Below, piece by piece: positions 30,698 to 43,256 of a stretch of 60,084 bases of DNA (positions are counted from its first letter, which is position 1; the number at the start of each line of letters is the position of its first letter). Origin of the DNA: Chrysochromulina tobinii (taxonomy: Eukaryota); the NCBI GenBank assembly GCA_001275005.1, contig JWZX01003344.1:1-60084 (forward strand), given 5' to 3'. The notes beneath the pieces are model-generated. The model was not told the DNA's origin, ran no database searches, and saw only the letters and a program-made list of their open reading frames with translations. The position numbers and the translations under genes were made by a program.

Positions 30698-31466
30698 TGC
30701 CGCATGATATGATAGATCGATTGCGCGTGCCCGTCGCAAGAGGTACGCTAGAGGCAGCGGATCAGGTCGGGCGCACACGTGATGCTTTTGAGACGTGCTG
30801 TGAACGTACATTTAGATGGGGCCAGCATGGGCATGCCCAACCCCATGGCGTGCGCCGCGCCATGCGCATGGCCCATGCCGGTTGCCGCATAAATGTGGGC
30901 ATGCGATTGCGTGAAGCGAGTGAGCGGGGAGATAGACGTAGAGCAGTTAGTAGTCGATGCGGGACGTGGGCGCCCGGCCCGGTGTGCGTGTGGATCGCGG
31001 CCGACGCGGACGGCTCCGGCTCCGCGCGGCAAGATCAAACGGTTACAAGCTGGAAACAACAAGGCTGCGGGAAAACGCGGATTCGATTCGTCACGGAGGA
31101 ATCGAAATAAAACACTCGATGCGCCATACATCGCATGTAATGCGGATTTCAACATTCAACCAAACTTTCGTCAAGAGCTCGAACAGAAGCTGATGGCGCC
31201 GGCTGATCACCCCGGCGCTTAGGGGGCGACGTTATTATGCGTGACGGTGAAGACACCGGAATCATGGTTCCATCAAGGCAGAGGCGCCGAGCAAAAGTCC
31301 GCTCGGCCCGCTCGCCATCGTCACCAACATCGGCGGCCGGGCCGGGTGGCCCTCATCTCTTGGTCCGTGTCGCTCTGCCTTCGATTGAGACGCTTGTCGC
31401 GCAGGCAAGCATTGCGCTCAACACAGCGCTCAAGCCCCCATCTTGAGGCAGCGCAGCCGATGCTCA

Positions 31467-32270
31467 TCACAGCGCTTGGCCCGGTGCGTAGCAGTACTCG
31501 AAGAAGTGATATTCGAGGTTGACCGCCTCCTCGAAACGTTCGCGGGCCGCCGCGAGCACTTTCCCGCCTCCAAGAAGTGTATTCAAGCGCCTGGCCTCGG
31601 CGTCGAGGAGCTCACGAAAATAGGCGACGACGGAGCCAAAGTACGGGCCTGAGTGCAGATCCACCCACTCGCGAAAGTAGAATGAGCCCTCGACAGCTTT
31701 TGGAAGCACGCGCTCGCCCCATGACTGGTATGACCACTCGGCGGCGACGAGCACGGCGAGCATCTCGGCAAGGTTGCCGGTCGCTGCCACATTGCGCATC
31801 AGGTCGATGAACGAGCCAGTCACCGGCGCGCTCGGCGTGCTCTCACGGACGGCGTCGGAGACGCCGAGCGCTTCAAACGAGCGCTCAAAGTACGCGTTCT
31901 CCTTGCCAGTGATCAGACCCAGAAATTGCGCTCCTGGAATCCTGTCCTTGAGCGAATGTGCTCGGGAGATCATGCTGGACAAGAGCACAACAAAGGAATC
32001 GAGGAAGCGATGGTCTTGTACCAGATAGCAGCGCAGCACCCCGAGGTTGAGAGTGCCGGTTGCCAGCTCGTCCGTAAAGCGGTGGTTGATCACTCTACTC
32101 CAAGGTTGGCTCAGTTCCTGTACGAGCGATTCCGTGAAGGACACGTTCGTTTCCGGCTCACGACTTTGTCGCAACTCCTGCAATTGTTCGGCCACTCCTG
32201 CAGCAGCGACAATGACCTCGTCGCAAGCAGCTGCCGCCAATAGCAGCGCGAACCAGCAGCATCGCAGCAT
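31467..32270 (-). CDS. tenA: TenA/THI-4/PET18 family protein (thiamine salvage), TenA_E-like, with N-terminal signal-peptide-like segment
   Basis: HRFTDELATGTL...YLVQDHRFL, AAEWSYQSWG, FREWVDLHSG and LEYHFFE are TenA-family motifs. N-terminus MLRCCWFALLLAAAAC is hydrophobic. Confidence 0.85.
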   Translation of the reverse strand: MLRCCWFALLLAAAACDEVIVAAAGVAEQLQELRQSREPETNVSFTESLVQELSQPWSRVINHRFTDELATGTLNLGVLRCYLVQDHRFLDSFVVLLSSMISRAHSLKDRIPGAQFLGLITGKENAYFERSFEALGVSDAVRESTPSAPVTGSFIDLMRNVAATGNLAEMLAVLVAAEWSYQSWGERVLPKAVEGSFYFREWVDLHSGPYFGSVVAYFRELLDAEARRLNTLLGGGKVLAAARERFEEAVNLEYHFFEYCYAPGQAL

Positions 32271-32480
32271 CCCTCGCACGAGCGCAATTACGACCTTTCC
32301 GCATGGCCACGTGAAGCAAATCGTTTATACATGCGAAAAGGTCAGCTCTGATGCGTCGCGCGGTGGACTAACACACCGAAAGCAAAGTTTCACAGCGCGC
32401 GCGCGGACTCTTGTTCACGAGGGCCACCTGATCACCACGGAGCAGTGTTGTCCGAGTGGTGTCCGCCAACGCAGTAGTCG

Positions 32481-33296
32481 ATGGCACTCTGCCTCTCGCG
32501 TCACGGCGCACGTCAAGATTACGAGTGCCAGGGCCGCGGCGAAAATTGGCAGCTTAGCGCAGAAGCACAGCCGCGCCCATGGGATCCACCGTTGTCGGCG
32601 GCGGGCGTCACCATGGGTGCAGCGATGGGCGCCGCTTGTCGCCGTCACCTGGAACGGATCGGGCAGCCCCCCGTGACGCGCATCGTCTCCTCGCCGTTCA
32701 CGCGTTGCCTGCAGACGGCCGCAGCGGCCGCATTGGAGCTCGGTGTGTTGGCAATCGCTGTCGAGCCCGGTCTTGGAGAGGGCATGCTCGAGGACTGGTA
32801 CAGGAGCTGGGCAGTGCCAGGGGCGGACTCGACCTGGGGCGGCCCTTCGCATGCGCGCGTGGGCATGCCTTTGCCTGCCGGCACGCTCTTGCACGAGGCC
32901 GCGCACGTGCCCGCACACCAGCTCTTGTACAGAGCGCCTGAGGCAGCAGCAGCACTGTTGGCCAGGGGCGAGAGCAACGTGTCCGTGGACGTGACATACG
33001 AGCCACTCACGCCGCCGCCAGACTATCAGTGGGCCTCCTTTGAAGATGAGGACGCGCTCGCCGCTCGCATGCATTCGACGATGAACGCCCTCGCGTGCAA
33101 GTTCCGAGGAGAGAGCGTATTGGCAGTCTCGCACGGCGGCCCTTGCGCGCATGCACACGAGCGGCTGCTCCAAGTGACCCGGCACTCCGGTCCGGTCGCG
33201 GGCTACACGGCCCTCTACGTCTTCGTTCGAGAGCATGAGCACGCGCCGTGGGAGGCGCCAGTGGTGGCCGATACGAGCCACCTCAGCCTCGGCTGA
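32481..33296 (+). CDS. Histidine phosphatase (phosphoglycerate mutase-like) family protein
   Basis: RHG motif (LSRHGARQD), DPPLS, SSPFTRCLQTA and VSHGG. Confidence 0.9.
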   Translation: MALCLSRHGARQDYECQGRGENWQLSAEAQPRPWDPPLSAAGVTMGAAMGAACRRHLERIGQPPVTRIVSSPFTRCLQTAAAAALELGVLAIAVEPGLGEGMLEDWYRSWAVPGADSTWGGPSHARVGMPLPAGTLLHEAAHVPAHQLLYRAPEAAAALLARGESNVSVDVTYEPLTPPPDYQWASFEDEDALAARMHSTMNALACKFRGESVLAVSHGGPCAHAHERLLQVTRHSGPVAGYTALYVFVREHEHAPWEAPVVADTSHLSLG

Positions 33297-33516
33297 TACC
33301 TGACCCCCCACGACGGTGTGGCATTGGTAACTTCCGGGTTGAACGGAATCAGCCCTCGGGCCGCACAGCATACATATAAATAATTGAGGGATATATACAA
33401 ACATGTAAAATTTCACATTCACAGCTCGGGGCACGTGCACATTCACAGATCGCGAGAGAGAGAGCGAGCTGGCTCGCTCATCTCGCTCGCCGGGACCGTC
33501 GGCAGGGCCCAAAAGC

Positions 33517-35436
33517 ATGCCGACTCCCGAATGCCTGCACGCGTACACCGTCCTGTGCACCGACTTCCCCGAGGTTGATGAACCTCGGCTGAGCACGCTT
33601 GAAAGTGCAATCGAAGCGAACGACCCAAACTGCCCGCTCTGCGTGCCACTGCTCTCAGGAGCGGCACACGGCGCCACGGCCAACCGCACAGGCCAACCGG
33701 CAGTTGCTGCAGACTCCGAAGTGCCCGGGCTCGTGGCGTCTGCGGCGCCTCCAGCGTGCTATGCTGCTGTGTACGCTAGCTGTGTGCTGCGTTCATGTGA
33801 GCTGCTCACCCAAACCGACGATGCCATCTCCGCAGCGCTCGGCTTGTACGTCCTGCCGCAGGCTCCGGCGCCAGCATCGGACGCGGTCGAGGTGGTGGTT
33901 CCCGAGAGCAGCGGGGCGGACGAAGAGGTGTGGGCCGCAGAGGCCGACGTCGACGATGTCGAGTACGAGCCATTCGCACCGTCGATGCCGCCCGCGTCTT
34001 CCGCCATGGCCGTGTCGGCACTTGCAGGCAAGCGCTGCACGACCGCGGAGGCGCACGAGAGGCTGGGCCACCTGCTCGGCTCGCTCTCGCATGATGCGCT
34101 CGCGGCGCTCGGCCCCGCTGAGTGGGCAAAGCGCGGCCTCGGCGACGCAGTGCGGACGGCGCTTCGGCAGCTCGCTGAGCCGCGCTGGACGAGTGTACTG
34201 AGTCCGGTGGCGCTGCGGCAGGCGGACGGCGCATTGTCATGCATGCTGCGCGACCACCTGCTGCACAATCCGAGCGCATGCGTGGCTGAGCTGCCCACGA
34301 CGCTCGGCGCGCTCCCCCCACAACGGCGTCCCCTCTTCCTTGCCTCACTGATCGGTGGCGGGGGCACTGGGCGCCTTGCCGTTGCGCCGAGCGCCGCATG
34401 GGATGCTGTCGACGAGGCGGTCCGGAACGAGCTGGTGCCGCTGCTCGAGGCCCTTGGCGAGGCGGCGGGCGCGATGGGTGGATGGATGCAAGGCGCGCGT
34501 GCCGGGTGCGGACCAGCAGAGCTTGCGACGGCGGTGCTGCTACTAGGATGGTATCTCGATCCACCTCCCACGCGCGCGCAACTGGTGGCGTCGCGGCTGC
34601 TGAGCTCCGGTGCACCACAGCTGCTCGTGCGCCTCCTGCTGCCGCCGCCATCGCCGCCCGCGCCCATCTCGGCGCCCGTCTTTGGAGGAGCCCGTGCTGC
34701 CCATCTCGACGCCCGCGCTGCCGGAGCCCGTGCCGTCGCCCCCGCCGCCCCCGCCGCCGCCACAACCAGGGCTGCCGCAGTCGCAAGCGCCTTCGCACCG
34801 GCGCTCAGTCTCGGGTGGGAATGGCTCCTCGCGGCCTGCTCGCGGCCTGAGCTGGCGCCCGTGCGCGAGTTTGTTGCGGCTGTGCCCGCGTTCCCAGCCG
34901 CTGTGCGTGCAAGCGCGCACCTTGAGGCGCGCCCAGCGCAGCGCGCGTGCTGGTGGCTGCTGCTTCAACTGCCGTCGACAGCCGTCGCGACGGGCACCGG
35001 GGCAAAGACGACTCCAGCGACGCCCGCGACGACGCGTTCTTCGGCACCTGCATCGGCCGAGCTGGTAGCCGAGGGGCTCGTAGCTGTGCAAGCGTTGTTG
35101 CATGCGCAGGGCACCCAGGCGCTCGCGCACGCGCTCGAGCTGCTCGCACGACTGCACTCCGCGGCACTCGTCCTCCGGATTTGGATCCTCTCTGAGGCCG
35201 GCCGACCAGTTCTTGCTGAGCTCGAGGCCTTCCAAAAAAGGGTTCGCGCCGCGACGACGAGCGCTGTACCGAGCGTGTCTGCCGAGGTGACGACCGGCGT
35301 GCCCGGCTCGCCCTCAGAGGCGCCCGAGCGCGGCCCTGCGGATGGCGTTGAGAAGGAGGGAGAGCTTCTGGGGCGTGCGTTCGCCGCGGCCAAGCTTCTG
35401 ATGCAGAGCTTTCGTGCGCCTGGCAAGAGGGACTGA
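33517..35436 (+). CDS. Hypothetical Ala/Leu-rich helical protein (639 aa)
   Basis: Long ATG-initiated ORF bounded by AT-richer spacers; no motif recognised. Confidence 0.65.
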   Translation: MPTPECLHAYTVLCTDFPEVDEPRLSTLESAIEANDPNCPLCVPLLSGAAHGATANRTGQPAVAADSEVPGLVASAAPPACYAAVYASCVLRSCELLTQTDDAISAALGLYVLPQAPAPASDAVEVVVPESSGADEEVWAAEADVDDVEYEPFAPSMPPASSAMAVSALAGKRCTTAEAHERLGHLLGSLSHDALAALGPAEWAKRGLGDAVRTALRQLAEPRWTSVLSPVALRQADGALSCMLRDHLLHNPSACVAELPTTLGALPPQRRPLFLASLIGGGGTGRLAVAPSAAWDAVDEAVRNELVPLLEALGEAAGAMGGWMQGARAGCGPAELATAVLLLGWYLDPPPTRAQLVASRLLSSGAPQLLVRLLLPPPSPPAPISAPVFGGARAAHLDARAAGARAVAPAAPAAATTRAAAVASAFAPALSLGWEWLLAACSRPELAPVREFVAAVPAFPAAVRASAHLEARPAQRACWWLLLQLPSTAVATGTGAKTTPATPATTRSSAPASAELVAEGLVAVQALLHAQGTQALAHALELLARLHSAALVLRIWILSEAGRPVLAELEAFQKRVRAATTSAVPSVSAEVTTGVPGSPSEAPERGPADGVEKEGELLGRAFAAAKLLMQSFRAPGKRD

Positions 35437-35867
35437 GGGAAAATTGTGTGAGCCGGGCTAAGGGCGGGCCTTAGAATGAATTGTACACGTGCGTGCGTGC
35501 GGTGTTGAATGCGTACAGCAGTAGTACAAAGTACCACCGCGACATCCAACGCACCAAAGTCACCACAGCAGGCAGTCTCGCCTACCGGGGACTCGGGCCA
35601 GACTCCAAGTTAGAGTGCTGAGCGATTCAGCCGAAAGCGATATAAAGGTGTGGCCCCTGTACACTTAGTCCAATGTACTCGGTATCGGACCGCTAGCGCA
35701 AGAGATACAACATACATGTACACCGTGACTCCTGAGCGTGGTGAGTGGCGTGCTTGCTGCTACTTACCGTAGGCCCCCGCGTTCATGCCTCACGGTCAAC
35801 ATCCCAGTCGCGCCGTCACTCTTCGTCGCGCTCGAGCTTACCCAGTACACGCAGCGTCTCCAGCCGC

Positions 35868-38800
35868 TCAATAACTCTCGGTTGCCTCGCCGTGAGCTCC
35901 TTCAAGCTTCATCTTCTTGACGAGGTCGGCGAGCACCACCTCGGCGTACCTGGAGAGCAAAGTCCGCATCTGGATCGACTCGCGCGTGAGGAACCTCAAC
36001 TTCTCGCGCCGCTTATTCACCTCGCCCTTGGCAGCGTAGATGATGTTGATGATCAGCATGTCGTTCATCGACTGCCACGAGACGAGCGTGTTGAAGTCAA
36101 AGGTGGAGAGCAGCGTGGGCGAGGCGCCTAGCCGGTAGATGTGAAGCCCGCCATAGTTGATTACCACGAGGATTTTGAGAATCTTGTCCACGGACCACAT
36201 CTCTGCCACGTACTGCGCCGAGAAGCACAACGGCGCGAGGCGCACGCGCTCGATAAACATGCGCGTGGCGGCGACTGCATTCATCTCGGTTTCCATGCGG
36301 AAGGCGGCCACGATCTTGCGAGTTGGCGTGGCAAAGCGATCGGCGCCGTCGTGGTGAATCTCGTCAAGCGCTCCGCGCGTGAGATCGTTGAAGGCCCGTA
36401 CGACCGCACCGTCCCAATCGGCCACCGTCTGCTTCTGCACGGGCGACCGCTTCGCCTCAAGCGACCGGAACCAGTGATAGGGCAGGTAATGATGGAGCTG
36501 GCCCGTGAGCTGCCCCTCCTCGAGAACGATCTCCTTCATGTCCTCTGCCTCGCCGCCGTCGCCAATGCCCACGTGCAAGTCCTTAAAGATGGCGAGACCC
36601 GCGAGCTCGAAAACCTCCTCCTTGTTGCCCGTCGTGAAGCGCCCCTCGCGCATGTCTGCCAGCGCTTGGCAGAACTCGAGGTGCTGCTCTTTTTTCGTAC
36701 GCGCATGCGGCAGTAGCGACGTCTGCTTGCGCAGCACGAGCTGGAACGCCAACTGTGGCACCATCGAGACGAGCCCGTACCTTTTGCGCGCCGCGTGCTC
36801 CCACGCTAGTACCGTCTGGTCGAGGAGCAGTTCGTCGTTCGGCAGCTTTCGCTCCGAGGTACCGCCGGGCAAACCCGGGTGATCCCACTGCTCAATCAGC
36901 CCCCACTCGGACTCGTTGTTGAGGCAGTGTTTCTTGCACATGTAACGGACGACGTCGCGTGTGCGTGTGGCCTCGTCCATCACCATCGTGGTAAAGGTGC
37001 CATCCATGAGCGAGACGCGCAAAAAGTCTTGCGAGAAGATGGGCGACTTCTGGTACAGGATTGCAAGCGTCGTCTGCAGCGTCGCAATCCACTCGTCGGC
37101 AACGGCGCGCTCGGGGGACGCGAGGAAGAACGCTTTCTGGCCCGAGTGCAGGCCGAACTGCTTGCCCTTTTCAATCTTGAAGAACTGATTGGCTAATTTG
37201 AGCGATTGCCGCTCCTCGCCCTCCTCCTCGTCGTCGATCTCGAGGTCCTCGTCCTCCTCGTGCAGCGCGAAGAATCGCAAGTCAAGAGAGCCTTTCTCCT
37301 CCGCCTTGTCTCGCGATTCGTAGTAGCGAAGCTTGCCGTCGTTGTACAGCACGCAATAGCGCCGCTCCCATGATCGCTTCAGGTCCTGTAGCTTGTTGTT
37401 GCCCGTCTTCCTCTTGCGCATGTACCCCTCTTTGATGATCGTGGCCACCTTTTGGTTGACGGGCTTGTCCTCCTCCTCGCCGTCGAGGTTGACCTGCATC
37501 TTATATGAGTCGACCAGCATAGCCTCATGCATTGCCTCCTCGATCTTGTCGCCCCATGTGGCTAGCAACTCCACGGACCGCTGCACATCGGGCTCGATCT
37601 CCATCACGATACTGTTGGAGCCCCAGAGGGTTCCCTTGATGCGCCGGCCGATGGCGCGAAAGCCGCGCACCTTGTGGGCGTACAGTTCGTCCTTTCGCAC
37701 GACCGTCAACGAGGTGGTCGGCTTCACCTTGCCCGAGGCGGTGGTGGACAGATGCGGCAAGTCAGTCAGGCCATTGACGTCTCTCCTCATCGCGGGTGAC
37801 GAGTATCCCTGCAGCTCGCACACAGCCAGATTGTACGAGAGCACCGCGTCGAGCGACTCGTGGTCCTCGAAGAGGGTGAGCGTCCCTTGCTTGAGCGAGA
37901 CATAGTACTTGACAGCCTTCGAGAGCTTGCCGATGCGTACGCTGAGCCACCCCTCGTGGCTCACTTGGAACTTGGGCATCTCCATGTACTCGGCCTTGCC
38001 ATCGTCGTCGCGGCTTTTGACCTTTCCTGGCTTGAGCAGCACGCGCCCCCGCCGCTTGCCCGAGAGGCCAATTCTCGTCTTGCCATACCGCTCCGGGTGC
38101 AAGATCTTGAGCAGAATCGCACGCTTCCTCTCCTTCGTGAGGTCGAGATCTTCGAGCATGTCCTGGAACTTCTTGTGCGCGAGGTACGTGCGCGCGTGCC
38201 GCTGAAGTAGGCGCGCCGAGACGCGCACGTCGATGTATGCGCGCCGGATCTCCCAAGACTTGCAAAAGCCCTGCAGTCGCAGGATGGCGCGCCTGATCTT
38301 GCGGTACGCCACAAAGTATTTGAGCATGCGGAAGAAGGACTGCAAAGTAATCACGAGCCCGAGGATCCTGTGCTCACGCACCTTGTCGAGCCTGTCGATG
38401 ATGTCGTTATTCTGCAGGAACAGCAGCGTCTTGCCCACGCGGTACTTGTTCGGGTCGACCGCGAGCTGCTTGAGCAGCAGCTCGCAGCGCTTGGTCACAG
38501 TGCCAGCGCGCAGCGACGCCGGATCGTCGGCGCAGATGCGGTAGTACTGATAAAAATGCTTGAGCGGCCGGCGCACGTTGAGACCCGCCTTGCGGATCTG
38601 CGTCACCTCGAGAGTGCCCGAGTACGCGAGCTGCTTAAGCATGAAGTCGTTATCCCAGTCGCCCGCCTTGAGAGTCTGGTTGGGCTTGAGGCAGCGGATG
38701 TAGTGGTGTTCAGTCGAGCGCAGCTTCTCCATAAGCGACGAGAGCGACTCAGAGAAGGTCTTCCCCACAGTCTTCTTCTTAAGGCCCGGGCCGCCGCCGC

Positions 38801-40798
38801 CGCCGCCGCCGCCGCCGCGTCGCGCGCCGGGCTTGAATGCCTCCTTGGCGGCGGCCGCCTCCTCCTTCTTCTTCGAATCGTTCTGCGCGAGCTGCTTGAG
38901 CTGATCGAATCTCGTGTGCACCTCTAGCAACGCCATGATGTCCGCCGAGAGCTCGTCCTTGTTCTTTTCGACGAAACCCTCGATCGTGTAGATCACCTCG
39001 CCCGCGTAGTGCGAGACGATGAACGTCTTGTCGGATGCCTTCTTAGGCTTCATGTACGCCTTGTACTTGGCGTTCTTCGCCTCTGAGCCAAAGGTCGAGT
39101 GGCAGTTCTCGAGCACCGACGAGTCTTTGCCCGAGCCGGTGGTGCACCCTTCGTCGAGAAGCCCGAGGATGCACAAGGGCCGCTTGGCGATCAGGTCGAT
39201 TACGTGCTGATTGTCCTCGTAAGAGACGAAGCTCCATTCGACCTCCTCCCTGACATACACCTCCTGCTCGAGCTTGAACACGTGCTCGATGAATAAGTTG
39301 TGCAGCGACTCGTTGGTGAAGTTGATGCACAGCTGCGGGAACGAGTTGCACGTGGCAAAGTTCTCAAAACCGAAGATGTCGAGCACGCCGGTGCAGTAGG
39401 CGGCGTTGAAAACTGAGATGTAGTCGTTGATAACTTGGACGCACCAGTCGAAGCAGAGGGAGTAGATGTGCATCACGAGCGAGTTGCGCGCGATGTTGGC
39501 GCGCAACGGGTCAAGCGGCGACTTGTACGTCGAGATCTTACCGCCGCCCATTGTCTTGAACGTGATCGCATCGAGGATCATCGTGGGCTCGACCTGCAGC
39601 TGCTCCGCGCACCGGCTCAGTAGCTTCGTGTCCTTGACCTCTGAGCCCTCCTTGCCCGCGTCGAACTTGATGTTGCCCAGGCTGAGGCAAGCTGCAAGCA
39701 TCACGTATAGCTCGGTACGCTGGTCATTCGAGAAGCCGAGCTTGAAGAGTGACTCATGACAGTCCGCAAACTCCTCCTCGTCGTTCCACGTGGTCACCTC
39801 GGCCACGGTGCCCTTCTGATTGAGAATGAAGTAGTTCTCCCACTTGGTCAATGCGACGCTCGGAAGGTCGCGGATCGGCTTGGGCGCCTTGGCCAGCATG
39901 TAAAAAATGTGGTAATTACGTTCGCCCTCGAGGTGCTGGCAGATGCGAGGCTTCTCGAGGAGGTAGACTGTTGTTACGGCACCCAGGATCACACCGTTGG
40001 ACGAGAATTGAATGTCGAAGTGCTTTCCAAAGCGCGACGAGTTGTTGTTGCGCACCGTCTTGGCGTTGCCGAAGCCTTCCATGATGGGGTTGGTCATCAT
40101 GAGGCGTGGCGCCACCTCATCGGCGACGCGTTGGCCCTTGATTTGCGAGGCCTGCGCAGCCAAAAGGTCAGAGCGTACTTTAGAGCGACAGCCAGAGCAT
40201 GAGAATGGGAGCGGCTAACCGGCGATGCGATCGGCGCGTGCACACCTCCGCAATGAAGGTGAGGCAAATCTTCATCGCCTCCGTCTTGCCGGCACCCGAT
40301 TCGCCCGAGATGAGGATCGACTGCGAGCGATTGTCACGCACCATCGTGTTGTACGTTTGGTCGACGAGGGCGTAAATGTGCGGCGGCAGGTGCGTGCGAG
40401 CGCCGCCCTTGTACTTGGCACGGATGCCCTTCCCGACGCAGCCAGTATTCTTGAACGGATTGACGGAGATGACGATATCACCAACATACGTGTACACGAG
40501 CTCCGCCTGCGCGGCGCGCATTCGTGGCAACATCGGCCGTCAGGGCGTGAGCGAGCACGGTGCGCTCATGTGGAGCACAGGAATTGGAGGATGTGGAGCG
40601 ACGATGAGCGACGGGCAAGCAGAGGAGGCAGGCAGTTCGCACCTTGAATCGTCGCTTCAAGTTGTCGAGGATAGAATCCTTGGTAAGTGTTGGCAGGGAG
40701 ATCATGTCGTTGTGACCAAAACCCGTAACCTTGGCGACGAATGTGGCTGGATCACCATCCTGCCCCGCCTTGAGCGTTCTGACCTCGAATCCTGGCAT
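35868..40798 (-). CDS. Unconventional myosin (motor, IQ motifs, two PH domains, FERM-like tail; ~1566 aa); exons 40798-40643, 40506-40246, 40151-35868
   Basis: GESGAGKTEA P-loop, GNAKTVRNNNSSRFGK switch I, DIFGFE switch II, HYIRCLKPN and IQ-like LQSFFRM/LQGFCK/LQRHAR. PH motifs EGWL and KEGYMRKR...WERRYCVL precede a FERM-like region. Confidence 0.92.
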
Positions 40799-41224
40799 GC
40801 CAGCGATGCTACGTAGTGCGGTACTGTCGCGTAGGCTGAGGATGGGTCGGTGAAAGTCGCTCGGAAGGTCGAGAGGCGTGAAGAACGGGATGACGGGCGC
40901 CAACCAATCGATCGGACCGACGCGTGAAGAGGCGGTTTCATCTCCTCTCCACGACGTCCTGCGACGTCTCCATAAACGCACCGTCCCGTTGATCGATTCA
41001 AGTTGTATTTGATCGCTACTATTGAGCTGGTGCATGACTCACGCAACTTTTGTGGATGATGGCGCAACTTTGACTGGACAAAGTTTCGAAACCGACTGAT
41101 CGATGTTTTGCGCACTCATACACTCGTGCGGAAAACGAGACGTCGTCGGAGACGTCGTGCTGTAACGCCGAGACAGAGAAGGCAGCCCCGCACGTATTTA
41201 GGTTGAGGTTCGCTGGACCTACCT

Positions 41225-41587
41225 ATGGAGCTCATCCAGTGGAAGGAGCTCGCTCCAATCTACACTTCGCAGTCGAAGGTTGTGCCCGGCGATGTCGGCA
41301 AGCCTGCACGGACGCATTACGTGCCCGACCCCATCAAGTGCCGTATCTCTTACGAGTGGCCTTTCAATCTTGAAGCACAGCCCGACCCTTCCAAAGACCA
41401 GGATCAATTCCCCTCGCCGCCCAAGAAAGTATTCGTGCCGCTCGTCAACCCCATCACGGGCAAATCAACGCCTCCATACAAGGCCAAGAATAGCGGCGGC
41501 GGTGGTGGGTCGCCGAACGGACCAGGGCTTGGCGTCGCGTCTTGGCTGCCTCCTGACCACCCCAAAGCTCTCGGCAAAATCTACTAA
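41225..41587 (+). CDS. Small Pro-rich hypothetical protein (120 aa)
   Basis: ATG-initiated ORF with coding-like composition in otherwise intergenic sequence. Confidence 0.55.
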   Translation: MELIQWKELAPIYTSQSKVVPGDVGKPARTHYVPDPIKCRISYEWPFNLEAQPDPSKDQDQFPSPPKKVFVPLVNPITGKSTPPYKAKNSGGGGGSPNGPGLGVASWLPPDHPKALGKIY

Positions 41588-42147
41588 GCGTCGCCTTTTG
41601 TGATGTGCTCCGCGTGTCGGGGGCACTGTGAATTCTGGAGCTGTTGCTTTTAGAGGATAGAGCGACGGCGCATTGTGGTATAGTCTTAGCCCGCTCAGCC
41701 CAGGGTGCGTTGAGACGTGTGATCTGAATCCGAGCGTGTCACTTTCACCTCCGACCCACCCTCATCCCTCAACCTACGCGCGATCCATCGCCGTTACTAC
41801 CAATCTTACTTGTTACTACGGCAGACCCAGACCCGGCAGAGAGGCAGTTGTATAGCCGTACTCGACGTACACAGACCGCCAGTTAACACCCGCGCAGGCA
41901 CACTCACACTGGAGCGACCCGACCCCCGCGCGACCGCAAAAGCGCATCGGAGGACGACGAGCCGTGACACACGCGCAGCCCCGCCAAATAATGTATCGTG
42001 CGTAGTTCCTTTCCACACGACAGTAAAGCCAGCCTATGGCGGCTTTTTAACGCATACGTCTGCAACTGCTATTATGAACACGCTCCGTTGTTTGCTGTTT
42101 GGCACCCGCCCGTGACGGCGCCTCCGTAATGTGAACACGCTGCATCG

Positions 42148-42889
42148 ATGGCCACTGGCGAGTCGAGCGACGCGCTCAGCAAGCCCTTCGTGATCGGCTC
42201 GATTGCGACGTGGCTCGGCAAGAAGGCCGAGGAGTCGCGCTCGCACGAGTGGACCATCTACCTGCGAGCGGCGAACCCGGAGGAGGACCTGTCTCTAATA
42301 GTCCGGAAAGTTGTCTTCGTGCTGCACCCAACGCTGCAGCCACCGACTCGGAGTGAGCGCTCCCAATCTCGCGCATTTTCCAATGCCCGAACGCCCGGCG
42401 CCCCCGACACGCTTACCGCGCGCGCGCGCTCGATTTGCTCCTCGCCTTTTCGCAGCGATCGAGACAGCGCCATTTGAGGTGACCGATCAGGGCTGGGGCG
42501 AGTTCGAGGTGACGTTGCAGGTCTACTTCCACGACTCGCGCGACAAGCCCATCGAGCTCTCGCACATGCTCAAGCTATACCCGCCCGGCGAGCAGGTCAA
42601 CATTGCCGGCAAGCCCGTCGTCGCCGAGCGGTACGACGAGTTTGTGTTCAACAGCCCGTCGGAGGGGCTGCGCCAACGGCTGCTTACGGAGGCTCCGCCA
42701 TCGATCAAGGGCTGGAAGCACTCGGCGAACGGCAAGTGGTTCACCGACTTCGAGGCGGACGCGCCAGTCGAGTCGCAGTCGCTCCAGCAGATCTATCAGG
42801 TCATCACCTCCGAGCTGCAGACGGCGTCCAAGCGGCGGAGACTGCTCGAGGACGAGCTCAAGCAGCTTCAAGGCCAGAATGGTCTGTGA
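42148..42889 (+). CDS. YEATS4: YEATS-domain protein (YAF9/GAS41-like); intron 42353-42455
   Basis: SHEWTIYLR, KVVFVLHPTLQPPTR|TIETAPFEVTDQGWGEFEV and VVAERYDEFVF, plus a C-terminal coiled coil. Confidence 0.9.
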
Positions 42890-43256
42890 TCGAGGCCTGA
42901 GCATATGATCTCTGTGAGAAAGTGATAGTAGGGGCGCTGTGCCTGTGAGCGGTTTACGATGAATTTACAATCACAACAGTGCTGTGTCGCCCCCTCGCCG
43001 CCCGCGCTGCGGAGGTGTGACCGCACGATTGAGGGTGACCGGTGTGCTGGGTAGTGGGTTTAAGGTGGATTTTGTCTAATGTCATAGAATCGTTTTGCGC
43101 CGTAGTATCCGGCGTATCCCGGTCGCGCGGGTCGCGCGGTCCCCACGCCCGGACGTTCGCGGAAGCCAAGCATTAATAAACCCATAACGTCGTGTCGCGT
43201 GGCTCATTACACGGCGTCGTCTGTGTGTCGTAGACCCCTGCGTGCCATACGATGTG

